DNA of 64,000 nt from Alphaproteobacteria bacterium (lineage in GTDB: Bacteria; Pseudomonadota; Alphaproteobacteria; UBA828), in NCBI GenBank assembly GCA_965214705.1, contig CBDCCI010000002.1:1344001-1408000 (forward strand), in the 5' to 3' direction. The position numbers and the translations under genes were made by a program. Below, piece after piece: positions 1 to 10,515 of the stretch. Under the pieces are notes generated by a model. The model was not told the DNA's origin and did not search any database. It was given only the letters and a program-made list of their open reading frames with translations. Every line of letters starts with the position of its first letter. The first letter of the stretch is position 1.

Positions 1-667
1 GGTCAGGCTGCCCGACGGCATTTCCGATGAAGACGCCGCCGGCATTACGCTCAAGGGCCTCACCGCCCAGTATCTGCTGCGCCGGACCTACCGCGTCCAG
101 CCCGGCGATCCGGTGCTGGTCCACGCGGCGGCAGGCGGCATGGGGCTGATCCTGTGCCAGTGGGCCAGGCACCTGGGCGCCACCGTGATCGGCACGGTTT
201 CGACCGACGAGAAGGCGGAGCTCGCCAAGGCCCACGGCGCCGACCACGTTGCCGTCTATTCGCGCGAGGACTTCGTGCCACTGGTCATGGAGGTCACCGA
301 CGGCAAAGGCTGCCCGGTGGTCTATGAGAGCATCGGCAAGGACACCTTCACCCGATCGCTGGACTGCTTGCGCCCGCTCGGCATCCTCGCGTGCTACGGC
401 CATGCCTCGGGTGCGCCCGACCCGGTCGATGTCGTGGAGCTTGGCGCGCGCGGCTCGCTGTTCGTTACCCGCCCGGCGCTCATGCACTACATGGAAGAAC
501 GCGAAGACCTGGTCGCTGCGGCGCAGGAGCTGTTCGACGTCGTCTCGACGGGGGCGGTGACGATCACCGTCCGCCACCGCTATCCGCTGCGCGAGGTCGC
601 CGAAGTCCACCGCGCCATCGAAGAGCGGCGCACCACGGGCTCGACGGTCCTCCTGCCGTTCGCGTAA
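1..667 (+). CDS. qor: NADPH:quinone oxidoreductase (zeta-crystallin/MDR family), 5'-truncated by window edge
   Basis: Frame open from position 2 (VRLPDGISDEDAAGITLKGLTAQYLL); nucleotide-binding VHAAAGGMG; C-terminal RRTTGSTVL. Confidence 0.9.
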   Translation, partial: VRLPDGISDEDAAGITLKGLTAQYLLRRTYRVQPGDPVLVHAAAGGMGLILCQWARHLGATVIGTVSTDEKAELAKAHGADHVAVYSREDFVPLVMEVTDGKGCPVVYESIGKDTFTRSLDCLRPLGILACYGHASGAPDPVDVVELGARGSLFVTRPALMHYMEEREDLVAAAQELFDVVSTGAVTITVRHRYPLREVAEVHRAIEERRTTGSTVLLPFA

Positions 668-744
668 CGCATTTCCCGTGTCGACGCGCTGCTCGACACC
701 GGGCGTCCCGGCCGGTCCTCCCTGATCGACGCCGCCGGCGAGTC

Positions 745-1209
745 ATGGCGATCTGCGAACTGAGCGAACTGAACGGCCTGCTGGCGGCCGATGCGCGCCT
801 GATGGGGCTCGATCTCGGAACCAAGACCATCGGCGTCGCGGTCTCCGACCTGAGCCGCACGATCGCGACGGCGCGTACCACGCTTCGCCGGACCAAGCTC
901 TCCCGCAATATCGAGACCCTGCGGGCGCTCATAGAGGACGAAGGGGTCGGCGGCATTGTCGTGGGGCTGCCGGTGAACATGGACGGCAGCGAGGGGCCGC
1001 GCGCGCAGTCTGCCCGCGACACGGCGGCGCGTCTTGCCGAGGCACTGGCGCTGCCGATCGCCTTCTGGGACGAACGCTGGTCCACCGTCGCCGCCGAGCG
1101 CGCGATGCTCGACGCCGACCTTTCGCGCCGCAAGCGGGCGCGCAAGGTCGATCAGGTGGCGGCGGCCTACATCCTGCAGGGCGCGCTCGACCGCCTGCGC
1201 GCGCCGTAA
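745..1209 (+). CDS. ruvX: YqgF/RuvX family nuclease
   Basis: GLDLGTKTIGVAVSD, VVGLPVNMDGSEG, WDERWST, VDQVAAAYILQ motifs; ATG at 745 inside ORF 391..1209. Confidence 0.93.
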   Translation: MAICELSELNGLLAADARLMGLDLGTKTIGVAVSDLSRTIATARTTLRRTKLSRNIETLRALIEDEGVGGIVVGLPVNMDGSEGPRAQSARDTAARLAEALALPIAFWDERWSTVAAERAMLDADLSRRKRARKVDQVAAAYILQGALDRLRAP

Positions 1210-1583
1210 CGGAACGATTCCAGTCCGTATTTTTATCAGTGTCCCGCACGCAAAACCGTGCGGGCTTGCGCGACTCAGGTCCGAGCGACCTCGGACCATG
1301 GTCCGGTGCACGGCGCGCTGCAGGCGCGCCAGTGTCACGCCATGAAATGCGAAGGAACGCCAACCGAGGCAACCGGGGTCAGGGTGAGCGGGCGCGCGTC
1401 ACTGAGGCGGTCACTTCCCACAGTCCACGTCACCGCCGCTAACGCAGACGAGGACGGCAGCCCATCCTACTTTGGAATGCCCGTTATCCCTCCCATCCCG
1501 CCTAATCCCGGCGTGTCCCGCATCAAATTTTTCGAGTCCGTCCCACGCGGAGTGCCCCTGCGCGCCGCAATCCACCGTCGCCA

Positions 1584-2528
1584 TCATTCGCGGAACTCGC
1601 GGATCGCGCCGCGCTGCACCACCAGGCTCGCAAGCAGGACGATGGCGAGGCCTGGCACGGTCATCAGCGGCGGCGCGGGCTTCCCCAAGGCAAGGTCGAG
1701 CAGGAGCACGATCGCCGGCAGCGCGTAGCTGTAGGCCTGCACCCGGGTCGCGCCGATGCGGAGCGTTGTGTACTGGGTGATGAAGAAGGAGATGATGGTC
1801 GGAAAGATCGCGAGATAGACGATGCCGCCCAGCACCACCACTTCGACCCCGGACCAGTCGGTGCGCCAAAGCTTGACGTTGCTCGCCGCCACCAGCCAGA
1901 GCGCCGCCGCCACCAGGGTCCAGAAGGTCAGCACCAGGACCGGCTCGCCCCGATGCAGGCGCTTGATCATCGGGCCGTAGATGCCGAAGCCGACGCATCC
2001 GGCGAGGAAGATCCCGTCGCCGATGTTGACCTCGAGCCCGATCAGGCGCGCGGGGTCGCCGCGGAAGATGATCCAGAGCGCGCCGATCATGCCGAGGAAA
2101 AGCGCGGCCAGACGATGGACGCCGAGCCGCTCGCCCACCAGCACCGCGCCGAAAATCGCGGAAAGGCCGGGCACGATGGTGAAGATCGCACTGGTGTTGA
2201 GGCCGCTCGTGGTGCGCAGCGCCTCGAACATGCACCAGAAGAAAAAGGCCAAGGGCGCGCCGAGCGCGAAATAGCGCAGGCACGACTTGGCATCCGGCAG
2301 CTTCAGTCCTTCGCGCCAGGCCACGATCGGCGCCATGAGCAGCGCCGCGAGCACGAAGCGGATGCACATCATCACCGCGGGGTTGAGGCCGTGGGTGATG
2401 TGCTCGCCGAGCGGAAAGGACGCGGAGATGACGACGGTCATCAGGAAGGCGAGCACGTGCGCGTGCGCCTGGCCCGTGCGCGCCGGCCCGCCTGGCTCTG
2501 ATGTCGCCTGCGGAGTCTGCTGCCCCAT
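1584..2528 (-). CDS. DMT/EamA family transporter
   Basis: 314 aa, about 10 hydrophobic segments in two repeats, LVGERLG loop. Confidence 0.85.
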   Translation of the reverse strand: MGQQTPQATSEPGGPARTGQAHAHVLAFLMTVVISASFPLGEHITHGLNPAVMMCIRFVLAALLMAPIVAWREGLKLPDAKSCLRYFALGAPLAFFFWCMFEALRTTSGLNTSAIFTIVPGLSAIFGAVLVGERLGVHRLAALFLGMIGALWIIFRGDPARLIGLEVNIGDGIFLAGCVGFGIYGPMIKRLHRGEPVLVLTFWTLVAAALWLVAASNVKLWRTDWSGVEVVVLGGIVYLAIFPTIISFFITQYTTLRIGATRVQAYSYALPAIVLLLDLALGKPAPPLMTVPGLAIVLLASLVVQRGAIREFRE

Positions 2529-2614
2529 GCCTCACACTACCGCCTGCATCACGGTAGGAAACAGCCCACTCCGGTGGAGCGGAGCGTCAGGCGGTCGAGC
2601 GCTCGCGCAGCGCG

Positions 2615-4696
2615 TTATGCATTCGCGCGCTCTCGAAGCGCGACGATGGCACCGAGCAGGACGAGGCCATAGATGATGTTGCGCACAGCCTCGGGCAGCA
2701 CTGTGCCGGACAGCATGATGCCGAGGCCGGTGAACAGGATCGCGCCGCCCAGGATGCCGAGATAGTGGCCCCGGCCCCCGGTGATCAACGTGCCGCCCAG
2801 CACCACCACGGCGATGGACGAGAGCAGGTAGGGGTCGCCCATGCCGTAGAACGCCTGGGCGCTGAAGCCCGCGAGGAAGACACCGACCAGCGCGGAGCAG
2901 AAGCCGCTCAGCACGTAGGCGCCAACGATGGGGAAGCCGGTGCGCACGCCCGAGAGGCGACTCACGCGCTCGCTGTTACCCACGGCGAAGATACGCCGGC
3001 CCGGTGCACTCCTGTTCAGGTAGAGGGTCGCGACGACGACGAAGGCGATGAGGAACCAGCCAATCGGCGCGATGCCGGCGATGCGTCCGGTCACGAACCA
3101 GGCCAGTGCCGGCGGTGCCTTGCCGATGGGCGCGCCCGAGCTGAACAGCAGCGACACGCCCTCCAGGATGCCGTTCATGGCGAGAGTCACGATGATCGGC
3201 GAGAGCCCGAAGAGGACGATGGTCATGCCGTTGAGGAAGCCGATGGCGATGCCGATCGCGAGCGACACCGGAATCACCCACACCGCCGGCGCGTCGACGC
3301 CGTTGCAGAGCGTGGTGACCACGATCGCAGGGAAGGTCATGGTCCAGGGCACCGAGAGATCGAGCCCGCCGGTGATGATGACCGTGCCCTGGCCGAGGCC
3401 GAGAATCGCCAGGAAGGCGGTCAGGATCAGCATGGCGTTGAGGTAGGCGAGTGGCGAGAAGTCTCCGCCGAAGATTCCGATCGTCGCGCCCAGGATGACG
3501 ATGTAGATGAGGTAGGCGGGCACGGCGAAGCGCAGCACCGCTCGATGCCGGTCGAGCCAGGGGACGGCGGCGGCTCCGGCGCCGCCCGCCGGCGGGTCCA
3601 GCCCGCCCAGGCGGATCGGCTCGCCCACGACGCGCAGCTTGGAAGGGAGCGAGGACTCCTTGAGCGCCCGCAGCGTCGCCCGCCAGAAGCGCGTGATCTC
3701 CACCACCGGCGAATCGCGGCCGAGGGAGAAGCCGAGCACGGCGAGGAGCAGGATCACGCCCTCGACGATCGGCGTGTAATAGGTCCGCACGCCGAGCACG
3801 AGGAAGATGTTGACCACTACGGTGAGCGTCAGCGCGCCGAAGATGGTGCCGACGGCGCCGCCCCGGCCGCCGCCGATCAGCGTGCCGCCCAGCACCACGG
3901 CGGCGAAGATCTGCAGCAGCATCTTGGCGCCGATCAGCGGGTCGCCGCCGCCCATGTTGGCGGTGATGAAGAGGCCGGCGGCGCCATAGCACATGCCGGC
4001 GAAGGTGAAGGTGAGGAAACGCGTGCGGCGCACGTCGACCCCGTTGGCCTCGGCCGATCCCGCATCGCTGCCGATGGCGTAGATGCCGGTGCCGATCCGC
4101 GTGTTCTTGAGCAGCAGCCAGAACAGGATGGCGACCGCAAGGACGACGACCGGCGCGGGCAGTCCCTCGGTGATGACATCGCCGGTGAAGACCAGGCTGA
4201 AGTCCCACGGCATTTCGCCGCCGGGGAACTTGAGCACGAGCAGCGCAGCGCCCTGGGCGATGAACATGGTGGCGAGCGTCACCACGATCGACTGCAGGCG
4301 CACGTAGGCCACGAGGAAGCCGTTAAGTGCGCCGATGGCGGCGCCCAGGCCGAGCGCGATGACCAGCGCAACCAGGGTGAAGAGGCCGGTCCCCATGTCG
4401 GCGGCGGGGCCGAGCTGGGTGACCAGGACCACGTTGACCAGCGAGATGACGGCGCCCGCCGAGAGGTCGAGCCCGCCGGCGAGGATGACGATGGTCTCGC
4501 CGAGCGCAGCGAGCGCGAGGGTCGCGGCGCTCGCGCTGATGCTGCTGATGTCGAAATACGCGATGCCCTGGCCGGTGATGAGCTGTAGCGCGATCATGGT
4601 CGCGGCAAACACGGCGATGGCAATGATCGTGCCGCGCTGGCGCGACCAGCTGAACGGCGGCAGGTAGGGTGCGCGTAGCGCGCCCAGCGGCGTCAT
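2615..4696 (-). CDS. Monosaccharide (CUT2) ABC permease, two RbsC-like domains fused
   Basis: GGLDLS motif twice, AVVLGGTLIGGGRG and VVVLGGTLITGGRG; 693 aa. Confidence 0.9.
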   Translation of the reverse strand: MTPLGALRAPYLPPFSWSRQRGTIIAIAVFAATMIALQLITGQGIAYFDISSISASAATLALAALGETIVILAGGLDLSAGAVISLVNVVLVTQLGPAADMGTGLFTLVALVIALGLGAAIGALNGFLVAYVRLQSIVVTLATMFIAQGAALLVLKFPGGEMPWDFSLVFTGDVITEGLPAPVVVLAVAILFWLLLKNTRIGTGIYAIGSDAGSAEANGVDVRRTRFLTFTFAGMCYGAAGLFITANMGGGDPLIGAKMLLQIFAAVVLGGTLIGGGRGGAVGTIFGALTLTVVVNIFLVLGVRTYYTPIVEGVILLLAVLGFSLGRDSPVVEITRFWRATLRALKESSLPSKLRVVGEPIRLGGLDPPAGGAGAAAVPWLDRHRAVLRFAVPAYLIYIVILGATIGIFGGDFSPLAYLNAMLILTAFLAILGLGQGTVIITGGLDLSVPWTMTFPAIVVTTLCNGVDAPAVWVIPVSLAIGIAIGFLNGMTIVLFGLSPIIVTLAMNGILEGVSLLFSSGAPIGKAPPALAWFVTGRIAGIAPIGWFLIAFVVVATLYLNRSAPGRRIFAVGNSERVSRLSGVRTGFPIVGAYVLSGFCSALVGVFLAGFSAQAFYGMGDPYLLSSIAVVVLGGTLITGGRGHYLGILGGAILFTGLGIMLSGTVLPEAVRNIIYGLVLLGAIVALRERANA

Positions 4697-6216
4697 CGCG
4701 AGCCCTCGCCGAGTGCTGCGCGCATGATGCTGGCCTCGGTGATCTCGGCCCCGGTGAGCGAGGCCGCCTTGCGGCCGCGGTAGATCACCATCACGGAGTC
4801 ACAGAGGTTCACCAGCTCCGGCACGTCGGTGGAGTAGTAGAGCACCGCGCCGCCGGCATCTGCGTAGGCGCGCACGAGGGCGTAGATCTCCGCCTTGGTG
4901 CCGACATCGACGCCGCGCGTCGGGTCGTACATGAGCAGCACGCGGCTCTCGGCGAGCAGCCACTTGGCGATGGCGATCTTCTGCTGGTTGCCGCCGCTGA
5001 AGACGTTGCAGGCGCTGTAGAGTGCGCGTCGGTCGACCTGCACCATGTCGAGCGCGCGGCCAACCGCTTGCGCTTCCTGCTCCAGGTTCACGAGGCCGAA
5101 GCGCACGCAGCGGTCGATGATGGGGAGCGAGATGTTCTCCCGCCCCGTCAGCGCGAGAAAGAGCGCTTCGGTCTTGCGGTCTTCCGGCACGAAGCTGATG
5201 CCGATGCGGCTGTTCACGGCGTCCTTCGGCGTGCGCAGGGTCACCCGCTGATCGCCGATCCGGATGTCGCCAGCGCTGAGCCCGACCATGCCGAAGAGCG
5301 CGAGGAAGAGATCGCGCTGGCCCATACCTTCCAGCCCGCCGACGCCGAGGATCTCGCCGGACCAGAGATCGAAGGAGAAGTCCTGCACGCCGCCTTCGAT
5401 GGCCAATCCGTCGCCGGCCAGGATCGGCGTCTCCCCGCGCCGAGCCGGCTGCGCCGGCCTGGGCGGAAACGTCGCGGCGAGCGAGCGTCCGATCACCAGC
5501 TCGATCACACGGTCGTCGGAGATTTCGTCGGCCCTGAAGCTCCCCACCATGCGGCCGTTGCGCAGGATGGTCAGGCTGTCGCAAAAATCCCGCACCTCCT
5601 GCATCCGGTGCGAGATGAAGACGATGGTGGTGCCCTCCGCACGCAGCCGATCGAAGAGCGCGCCCAGCCACTGCACGTCGTTGCCGGAAAGCGACGAGGT
5701 CGGCTCGTCCAGCAGCAGCAACTGCGGCTTGCGAGAGACGGCGCGGGCGATCTCGATTTTCTGCTGCGTCGGCAGCGCCAGCGTCCGCACCTCGGCGTGG
5801 AGGTCGATGTCGTCGAGGCCGAGATCGGCGAGGGCGCGCCGCACGCGCTGCTCGGACTCGCGCCGCTTGATGTTGCCGCTCGGGCCGGTCGGCTCGTAGG
5901 GCAGCAGCATGTTCTGCACGACCGTGAGGTCGCCGATCAGCGAAATCTCCTGGTAGGCGGTCTGGATTCCGAGCCGATGGGAATCCCTTGGCGTATGGAT
6001 GTGTGCGGGGCTGTCGAACAAGGCGATCTCGCCGGCGTCCGGTCGGCTGAGGCCGCTCAGGATCTTGACTAGCGTCGACTTGCCCGCACCGTTCTCGCCA
6101 AGGAGCGCATGGACCTCGCCGCGCGGAATGGCGAGCGAGACGTCGTCGAGCGCGACGGTCGCGCCGAACGCCTTGCTCAGGCCGTGGGTCTCGACCGCCG
6201 GCGCCTGCTCATTCAT
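4693..6216 (-). CDS. CUT2 sugar ABC ATP-binding protein (RbsA-like, tandem NBD)
   Basis: GENGAGKST, LLLDEPT, VPEDRK, SGGNQQK. Confidence 0.93.
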   Translation of the reverse strand: MNEQAPAVETHGLSKAFGATVALDDVSLAIPRGEVHALLGENGAGKSTLVKILSGLSRPDAGEIALFDSPAHIHTPRDSHRLGIQTAYQEISLIGDLTVVQNMLLPYEPTGPSGNIKRRESEQRVRRALADLGLDDIDLHAEVRTLALPTQQKIEIARAVSRKPQLLLLDEPTSSLSGNDVQWLGALFDRLRAEGTTIVFISHRMQEVRDFCDSLTILRNGRMVGSFRADEISDDRVIELVIGRSLAATFPPRPAQPARRGETPILAGDGLAIEGGVQDFSFDLWSGEILGVGGLEGMGQRDLFLALFGMVGLSAGDIRIGDQRVTLRTPKDAVNSRIGISFVPEDRKTEALFLALTGRENISLPIIDRCVRFGLVNLEQEAQAVGRALDMVQVDRRALYSACNVFSGGNQQKIAIAKWLLAESRVLLMYDPTRGVDVGTKAEIYALVRAYADAGGAVLYYSTDVPELVNLCDSVMVIYRGRKAASLTGAEITEASIMRAALGEGSR

Positions 6217-6259
6217 GGCCGGCTTCCACGCGCTGCCGCCGGCCGGCCATGCCGGAAGC

Positions 6260-6290
6260 GAGGGGCGCAGCGACGAGCGCTGCGCCCCTC
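6260..6290. repeat. Intergenic 13-bp perfect stem-loop between SBP and ATPase genes
   Basis: GAGGGGCGCAGCG-acgag-CGCTGCGCCCCTC; typical position for an mRNA-stabilising or attenuating hairpin. Confidence 0.7.
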
Positions 6291-7464
6291 ACGCCTCCGA
6301 TCCGGCCGAGACCGGTCCGGCCCGCCAGCGCTGCCTTGGGGTTGCGATCAGCTACCGTCGGGCACCTTGCCCTCGAGCGCGGAATAGACGTCGAGCTCCG
6401 GAACCTGCGAATGCCACACGTCGATGAAGTAGTTCGACGGCGCGACGGAAAGCGGCACCGCATTGCAGGACCACTCCTTGGAGGTGAGCTCGGCCTTGTC
6501 TCCCGTGTCGCAGAGCTCCGTCTGCCCCGGCGTAACCAGGGGCATCGGGATTTCGGCGAAGCGCGGGATCTCGGCGCCGTCGAACTTTGCCATCCCGAGC
6601 TTGAAGGCATACGGCGCGGCCCAGGGCGGCGAGCCCATGGAGGCGCTGCGCAGCCCGTAAGCGCCCTCGGTCGTCCCCGGCGCGAGCTGGGCCACGCGGT
6701 GGCCGTTGGTGCCGTTGCCGGCGCAGGGCTTGAGCGAATCGCCGCGGCCCGCATCCACCTGCATCTGGGTGAAGACGTAGCAGCCGGTCTGGGTCCACAA
6801 GCCGTCGATCTTGTCCCAGCCGTGGGTGGCCACGATCTCGGTCAGCTTCTGCTTCGCCGTGGCGTTGTTCCACATGCTCGGCGTGTCGGCGATGATCGTG
6901 ATGTCCGGGAACTCGGCGAATACCGCCTTGGCCGCGGAGTTCCGCCGCAGGTCGACCATGTTGCCAGGGATCCCGCCCATGAAGACGATGTTGCCCTTGC
7001 CGCCAAGCTCCTCGGCCAGCCACTCGGCCGGACCTGCGCCGGCCCAGTCCTGATTGATGCCGACGTGATGGGCGCAAGGCTCGGTAACCTGAGCGTCGAA
7101 GGTGATGAAGACCACGCCGCGGCGGCAGGCGTTGCGGATGGCGCGGTTGAGCGCCGTCGGCGAGATCGCCCAGGAGACGATGACCTGCGCGCCGGCCTGC
7201 ACCATGGCGTTGATCTGCTGGATCTGGGTCTGCGCATTGCCGCGCGCGGACTGGATTTCAATGTCCACCCGGTCCTTGTAGTCCTTGGTCCCGGCTATCG
7301 AGCTCAGCAGGTTGGTGGACGCATCCATCCAGGTGTTGCCCTCGAAACCCAGGCTCACATAGACCTTGACCTTGTCTTGTGCGGTGGCGGTCGCGACCGG
7401 CGCCATGCCGCCCGCGAGAAACGCCAGTGCCGCAGCACCGAGCGCCGCATTGCGCAAAATTGTT

Positions 7465-8490
7465 CCTGCTTATCCCTGATTCTCATCCTGCGACGAGGAT
7501 GCGATAAGGCATCGGGTTGGTTCGTGCGGCGCTGTGGACGAAGCGCGGGATCATGGTCTTGAGGTGGTAGCGCCGGTTGTAGCGCCAGGCGAAGCTGGCG
7601 AGGTAGCGCTCGGCATGGTCGGGGCCGAGCTTGCGGTAGGTTCCGGTGACCGCGCTCTTGATGTTGCCGAGCGTCGTGTTGACCCATTTGAACGAGGCCA
7701 CGCGGGCCGCCTTGGGGCCTGCGCCGGTGCGGATCGCCCGATGGCTGCAAGCACCCTCGTCGAGCGCGCTCCAGCAGCCGAGGCCGTCCGTCACGACCTC
7801 CGATCCGGGAGCCAGCCAGCGCGGGGCGCCGCGCGCGATCTCTCGCTTGCGGAAGCCTTTGACCGGGACCAGCTTCAGCTTGCGCGGGCGCCCCTCGGGG
7901 CCGGTCGAGACTGCGGCGACGAAGGGCGTCTTGCCGGCCGCACCCCGGCCCCGCTTGCCGCCGGAACGCCTGCCGCCGAGATAGGCGTCGTCCATCTCCA
8001 CCCGGCCCGAGAGCCGCGTCTCCCCCTCGCGCCGCGCCATCACTGCCATGATCTTGTGCTTCATGGCCCAGGCCGTCGGCTGCTTGACCCCGAGCCGGCG
8101 GCCGAGTTCCACCGACGAGACGCCGTTCTTCGCCGTCACGATCAGGTGGATGGCCGCGAACCACAGTGTCAGCGGCAGCTTGGTCGAATGGAAGATGGTG
8201 CCCGCCGTGGGCGAGGTCTGCCTCTTGCAGCGGTTGCACTGGTAGAGCCCCCGGCCCGCCAGCAGGCAATGCCCGCGATGGCCGCAGGAGGGACAGACGA
8301 AGCCGTCGGGCCAGCGCAGCCGGACCAGCGCCGCGAGGCACTGCTCCTCTCTGCCGAAGGCCTTGCGAAAGGCCTCGTCGCTCATCCCGCGCACCCGCGA
8401 TGCCACTTTGAACGCCATATCCGTGACCTCCGCATCAGGAACATATTGAGAACATACACGCTGTCCGGCGGAGTGTCACGGATAAGCAGG
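7465..8490 (-). mobile_element. IS1595-family insertion sequence, 1026 bp
   Basis: Imperfect TIRs CCTGCTTATCCcTGAttCTC / CCTGCTTATCCgTGAcaCTC; 8-bp TSD AAATTGTT at 7457-7464 and 8491-8498. Confidence 0.95.
7483..8418 (-). CDS. IS1595-family transposase
   Basis: RWPDGFVCPSC...CNRC zinc ribbon, VEMDDAYLGG, VVTDG, YLASFAWRYNRR. Confidence 0.95.
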   Translation of the reverse strand: MAFKVASRVRGMSDEAFRKAFGREEQCLAALVRLRWPDGFVCPSCGHRGHCLLAGRGLYQCNRCKRQTSPTAGTIFHSTKLPLTLWFAAIHLIVTAKNGVSSVELGRRLGVKQPTAWAMKHKIMAVMARREGETRLSGRVEMDDAYLGGRRSGGKRGRGAAGKTPFVAAVSTGPEGRPRKLKLVPVKGFRKREIARGAPRWLAPGSEVVTDGLGCWSALDEGACSHRAIRTGAGPKAARVASFKWVNTTLGNIKSAVTGTYRKLGPDHAERYLASFAWRYNRRYHLKTMIPRFVHSAARTNPMPYRILVAG

Positions 8491-8668
8491 AAATTGTTTT
8501 CATTTCCGTAACCTCCTGTTTGTTTCGCCGGCCGCGCGCGCACTCTTGCTGTTGACCGTTGGCGGACACGCCTCCCTTTCCGGCACCGCAATCATAGGCG
8601 GTGCATTCTCATCGGGACAAGCGGGAGGGAATTGGCCTGGCCGAACCAGGCGGCTTTTCGTGCGCGGG

Positions 8669-9187
8669 TCAGAACGGCTGCGTGAGCATCGGGAAGCTTT
8701 GATCGCAGTTCGTGAGATCGACCCGCTTGAGGCGGATGCGCAGCCGCTCGTCCTCATGCACGATGGTGTGGGAGTAGCGGCCGCCGAAGACGCGCTGCGG
8801 ATTGCCGGGGCGGTCCTCCACCATCACGAACTTGGAGCGGACCAGCCACGCGCCCTCCGAAGTCACCTCGTCGAGGCGGACGCCCGAGATCACGCGCACG
8901 CAGTTGGATGGCGGGCTCTGGCAGTGGATGCGGGGATGATTGAGGCGCTGGACGCGGACCCGCATCGTGTGCTTGTCGTCGTAGAAGAGCGAGACGTGGT
9001 CCAGCCAGCTCTCCTGCTCCGGCGTGGCGGGCACCCAGTAGGTGGCGTCCTCGGTGTAGAGATCGCACCACTCGTCGAAGCGCCGCTCGTCCAACAGCTC
9101 CGCCTCGTGCTCGATGAAGCGGCGCAGCTCCTCGAGGCGTACGGCGTTCGACCCGGCGACGGCGCGGGCGTCGGCGGTGACGCTCAT
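8669..9187 (-). CDS. Ring-hydroxylating oxygenase beta subunit
   Basis: EAELLDERRFDEWCDLYTEDATYWVP, KRVDLTN; ATGA overlap with alpha-subunit stop. Confidence 0.9.
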   Translation of the reverse strand: MSVTADARAVAGSNAVRLEELRRFIEHEAELLDERRFDEWCDLYTEDATYWVPATPEQESWLDHVSLFYDDKHTMRVRVQRLNHPRIHCQSPPSNCVRVISGVRLDEVTSEGAWLVRSKFVMVEDRPGNPQRVFGGRYSHTIVHEDERLRIRLKRVDLTNCDQSFPMLTQPF

Positions 9188-10467
9188 GCGCCCATCAGGT
9201 CGCGCCATGCTTCGTGCTGAGCGCGCTGGCCAACCTCGCTGGAGCGGGGCCCGAAGAACACCCCATCGCCCTCGTCGATCTCGGCGCCGAGGCCGCGTGC
9301 GACCAGCACCCAGTCGGTGCCCTGGGTCCGCAGCCCCTCCTGGCAGCGCTCGAAGGCCTCCATGTCGTCGGACTGGATGAACGAGGCGGCGGCATGTGTG
9401 ATGTTCACGAAACGCACGAGATCGTCGGAGATGCTGTCGGGCGCACCCTTGAGCCGCACCGGCCAGACCTCGACCTCGGTGAAGTCCACCGCCACCGGCC
9501 TGATCACCCGCACCGAAGTCTGCGCCAGCAGGATGTCGGAGCTGGGGAAGAAGGTCATGCTGTGACGGCGGTTCTTGAGGATGTCCGTCGTGCGCTCCTC
9601 CCCGTAGCGGTCCACCAGGATGGCGCGGTAGTCGTCCCAGTGCCCGCCCGACTGCTCCTTGTCGAAGAGCGAGGCTTCGGAGCTGTGCCGGTTGTTGAGA
9701 CCGCGCACACCGGTCTGAGCCACGATGGCCTCGCCGTTGGGGGCGAAGAACGCCGCATCACCACCTTCGTCGCCGGCGCGGCGCTTGAACTGCCGGCCGT
9801 CGGGGCCGACGGTCGACGCGTGGCAGGCGGCGGGGTGGTACATGTCCGCCAGGTTCTCCAGCTGGAGCTTCCAATTGCCGCGATAGTGGTAGCGGTGGCA
9901 ACCGGCGGAGAGCGCCACCTCGCCCTCCGGCGAGCGGTCGACCAGTTCGTCGATGCCGCGCCGGGCTTCCGCGAGATAGTCCAGCAAAGGCTCGGCGTCG
10001 GCGTTGAACGACGCGAACACGAAGCCCCGATAGCTCTCCACCCGCGGCAGCCGCGCCATGCCGAACTGCGCGTCCTTGAGCGGCTCCTCGGGGAAGTCCT
10101 TGCGCATGGGCACGCCGGCGAGCGCGCCGTTCGGCCGGAAGCTCCAGCCGTGATACATGCAGGTGAAGACCTTGGCGTTGCCGCGCTCGCGGTTGAGTAC
10201 CTTGGCGCCGCGGTGGCCGCAGCGGTTGAACAGCACGCAGATGCCGTCGTGCTTGTGGCGGCTCAGCACCACCGGCTGGCGGGCGAGGTGGGTGCAGTAG
10301 TAGTCGCCGGGGTTCGGCACCAGGCTCTCGTGGCCGACGTAGAGCCAGACCCGGCGGAAGATCTTCTCCATCTCGATCTCGAAGATCGCCGGGTCGACAT
10401 ACATGGCGCGGTGCACCCGGTCGGGCTGCACCATCTCCCGCAACTCGTCGCTGGTGTAGCCGGCCAT
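9184..10467 (-). CDS. Rieske ring-hydroxylating oxygenase alpha subunit
   Basis: NRCGHRG...CMYHGW Rieske site; NWKLQLEN..DMYH....H mononuclear iron site; DDMEAFE. Confidence 0.93.
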   Translation of the reverse strand: MAGYTSDELREMVQPDRVHRAMYVDPAIFEIEMEKIFRRVWLYVGHESLVPNPGDYYCTHLARQPVVLSRHKHDGICVLFNRCGHRGAKVLNRERGNAKVFTCMYHGWSFRPNGALAGVPMRKDFPEEPLKDAQFGMARLPRVESYRGFVFASFNADAEPLLDYLAEARRGIDELVDRSPEGEVALSAGCHRYHYRGNWKLQLENLADMYHPAACHASTVGPDGRQFKRRAGDEGGDAAFFAPNGEAIVAQTGVRGLNNRHSSEASLFDKEQSGGHWDDYRAILVDRYGEERTTDILKNRRHSMTFFPSSDILLAQTSVRVIRPVAVDFTEVEVWPVRLKGAPDSISDDLVRFVNITHAAASFIQSDDMEAFERCQEGLRTQGTDWVLVARGLGAEIDEGDGVFFGPRSSEVGQRAQHEAWRDLMGA

Positions 10468-10515
10468 CGTCCCCTCCGCCCGGTGCCGACGCGTGCGCAT
10501 CTTAACCCGGATTTC

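Larger units (their letters stand above)
6348..8503 (-). pseudogene. Sugar ABC substrate-binding protein, interrupted in its first codons by IS1595
   Basis: RbsB-like body at 6348..7457; removing the IS and one TSD restores GGAGG RBS (8512-8516) and ATG at 8503, giving MKTILRNAALGAAALA signal peptide in frame. Confidence 0.85.
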
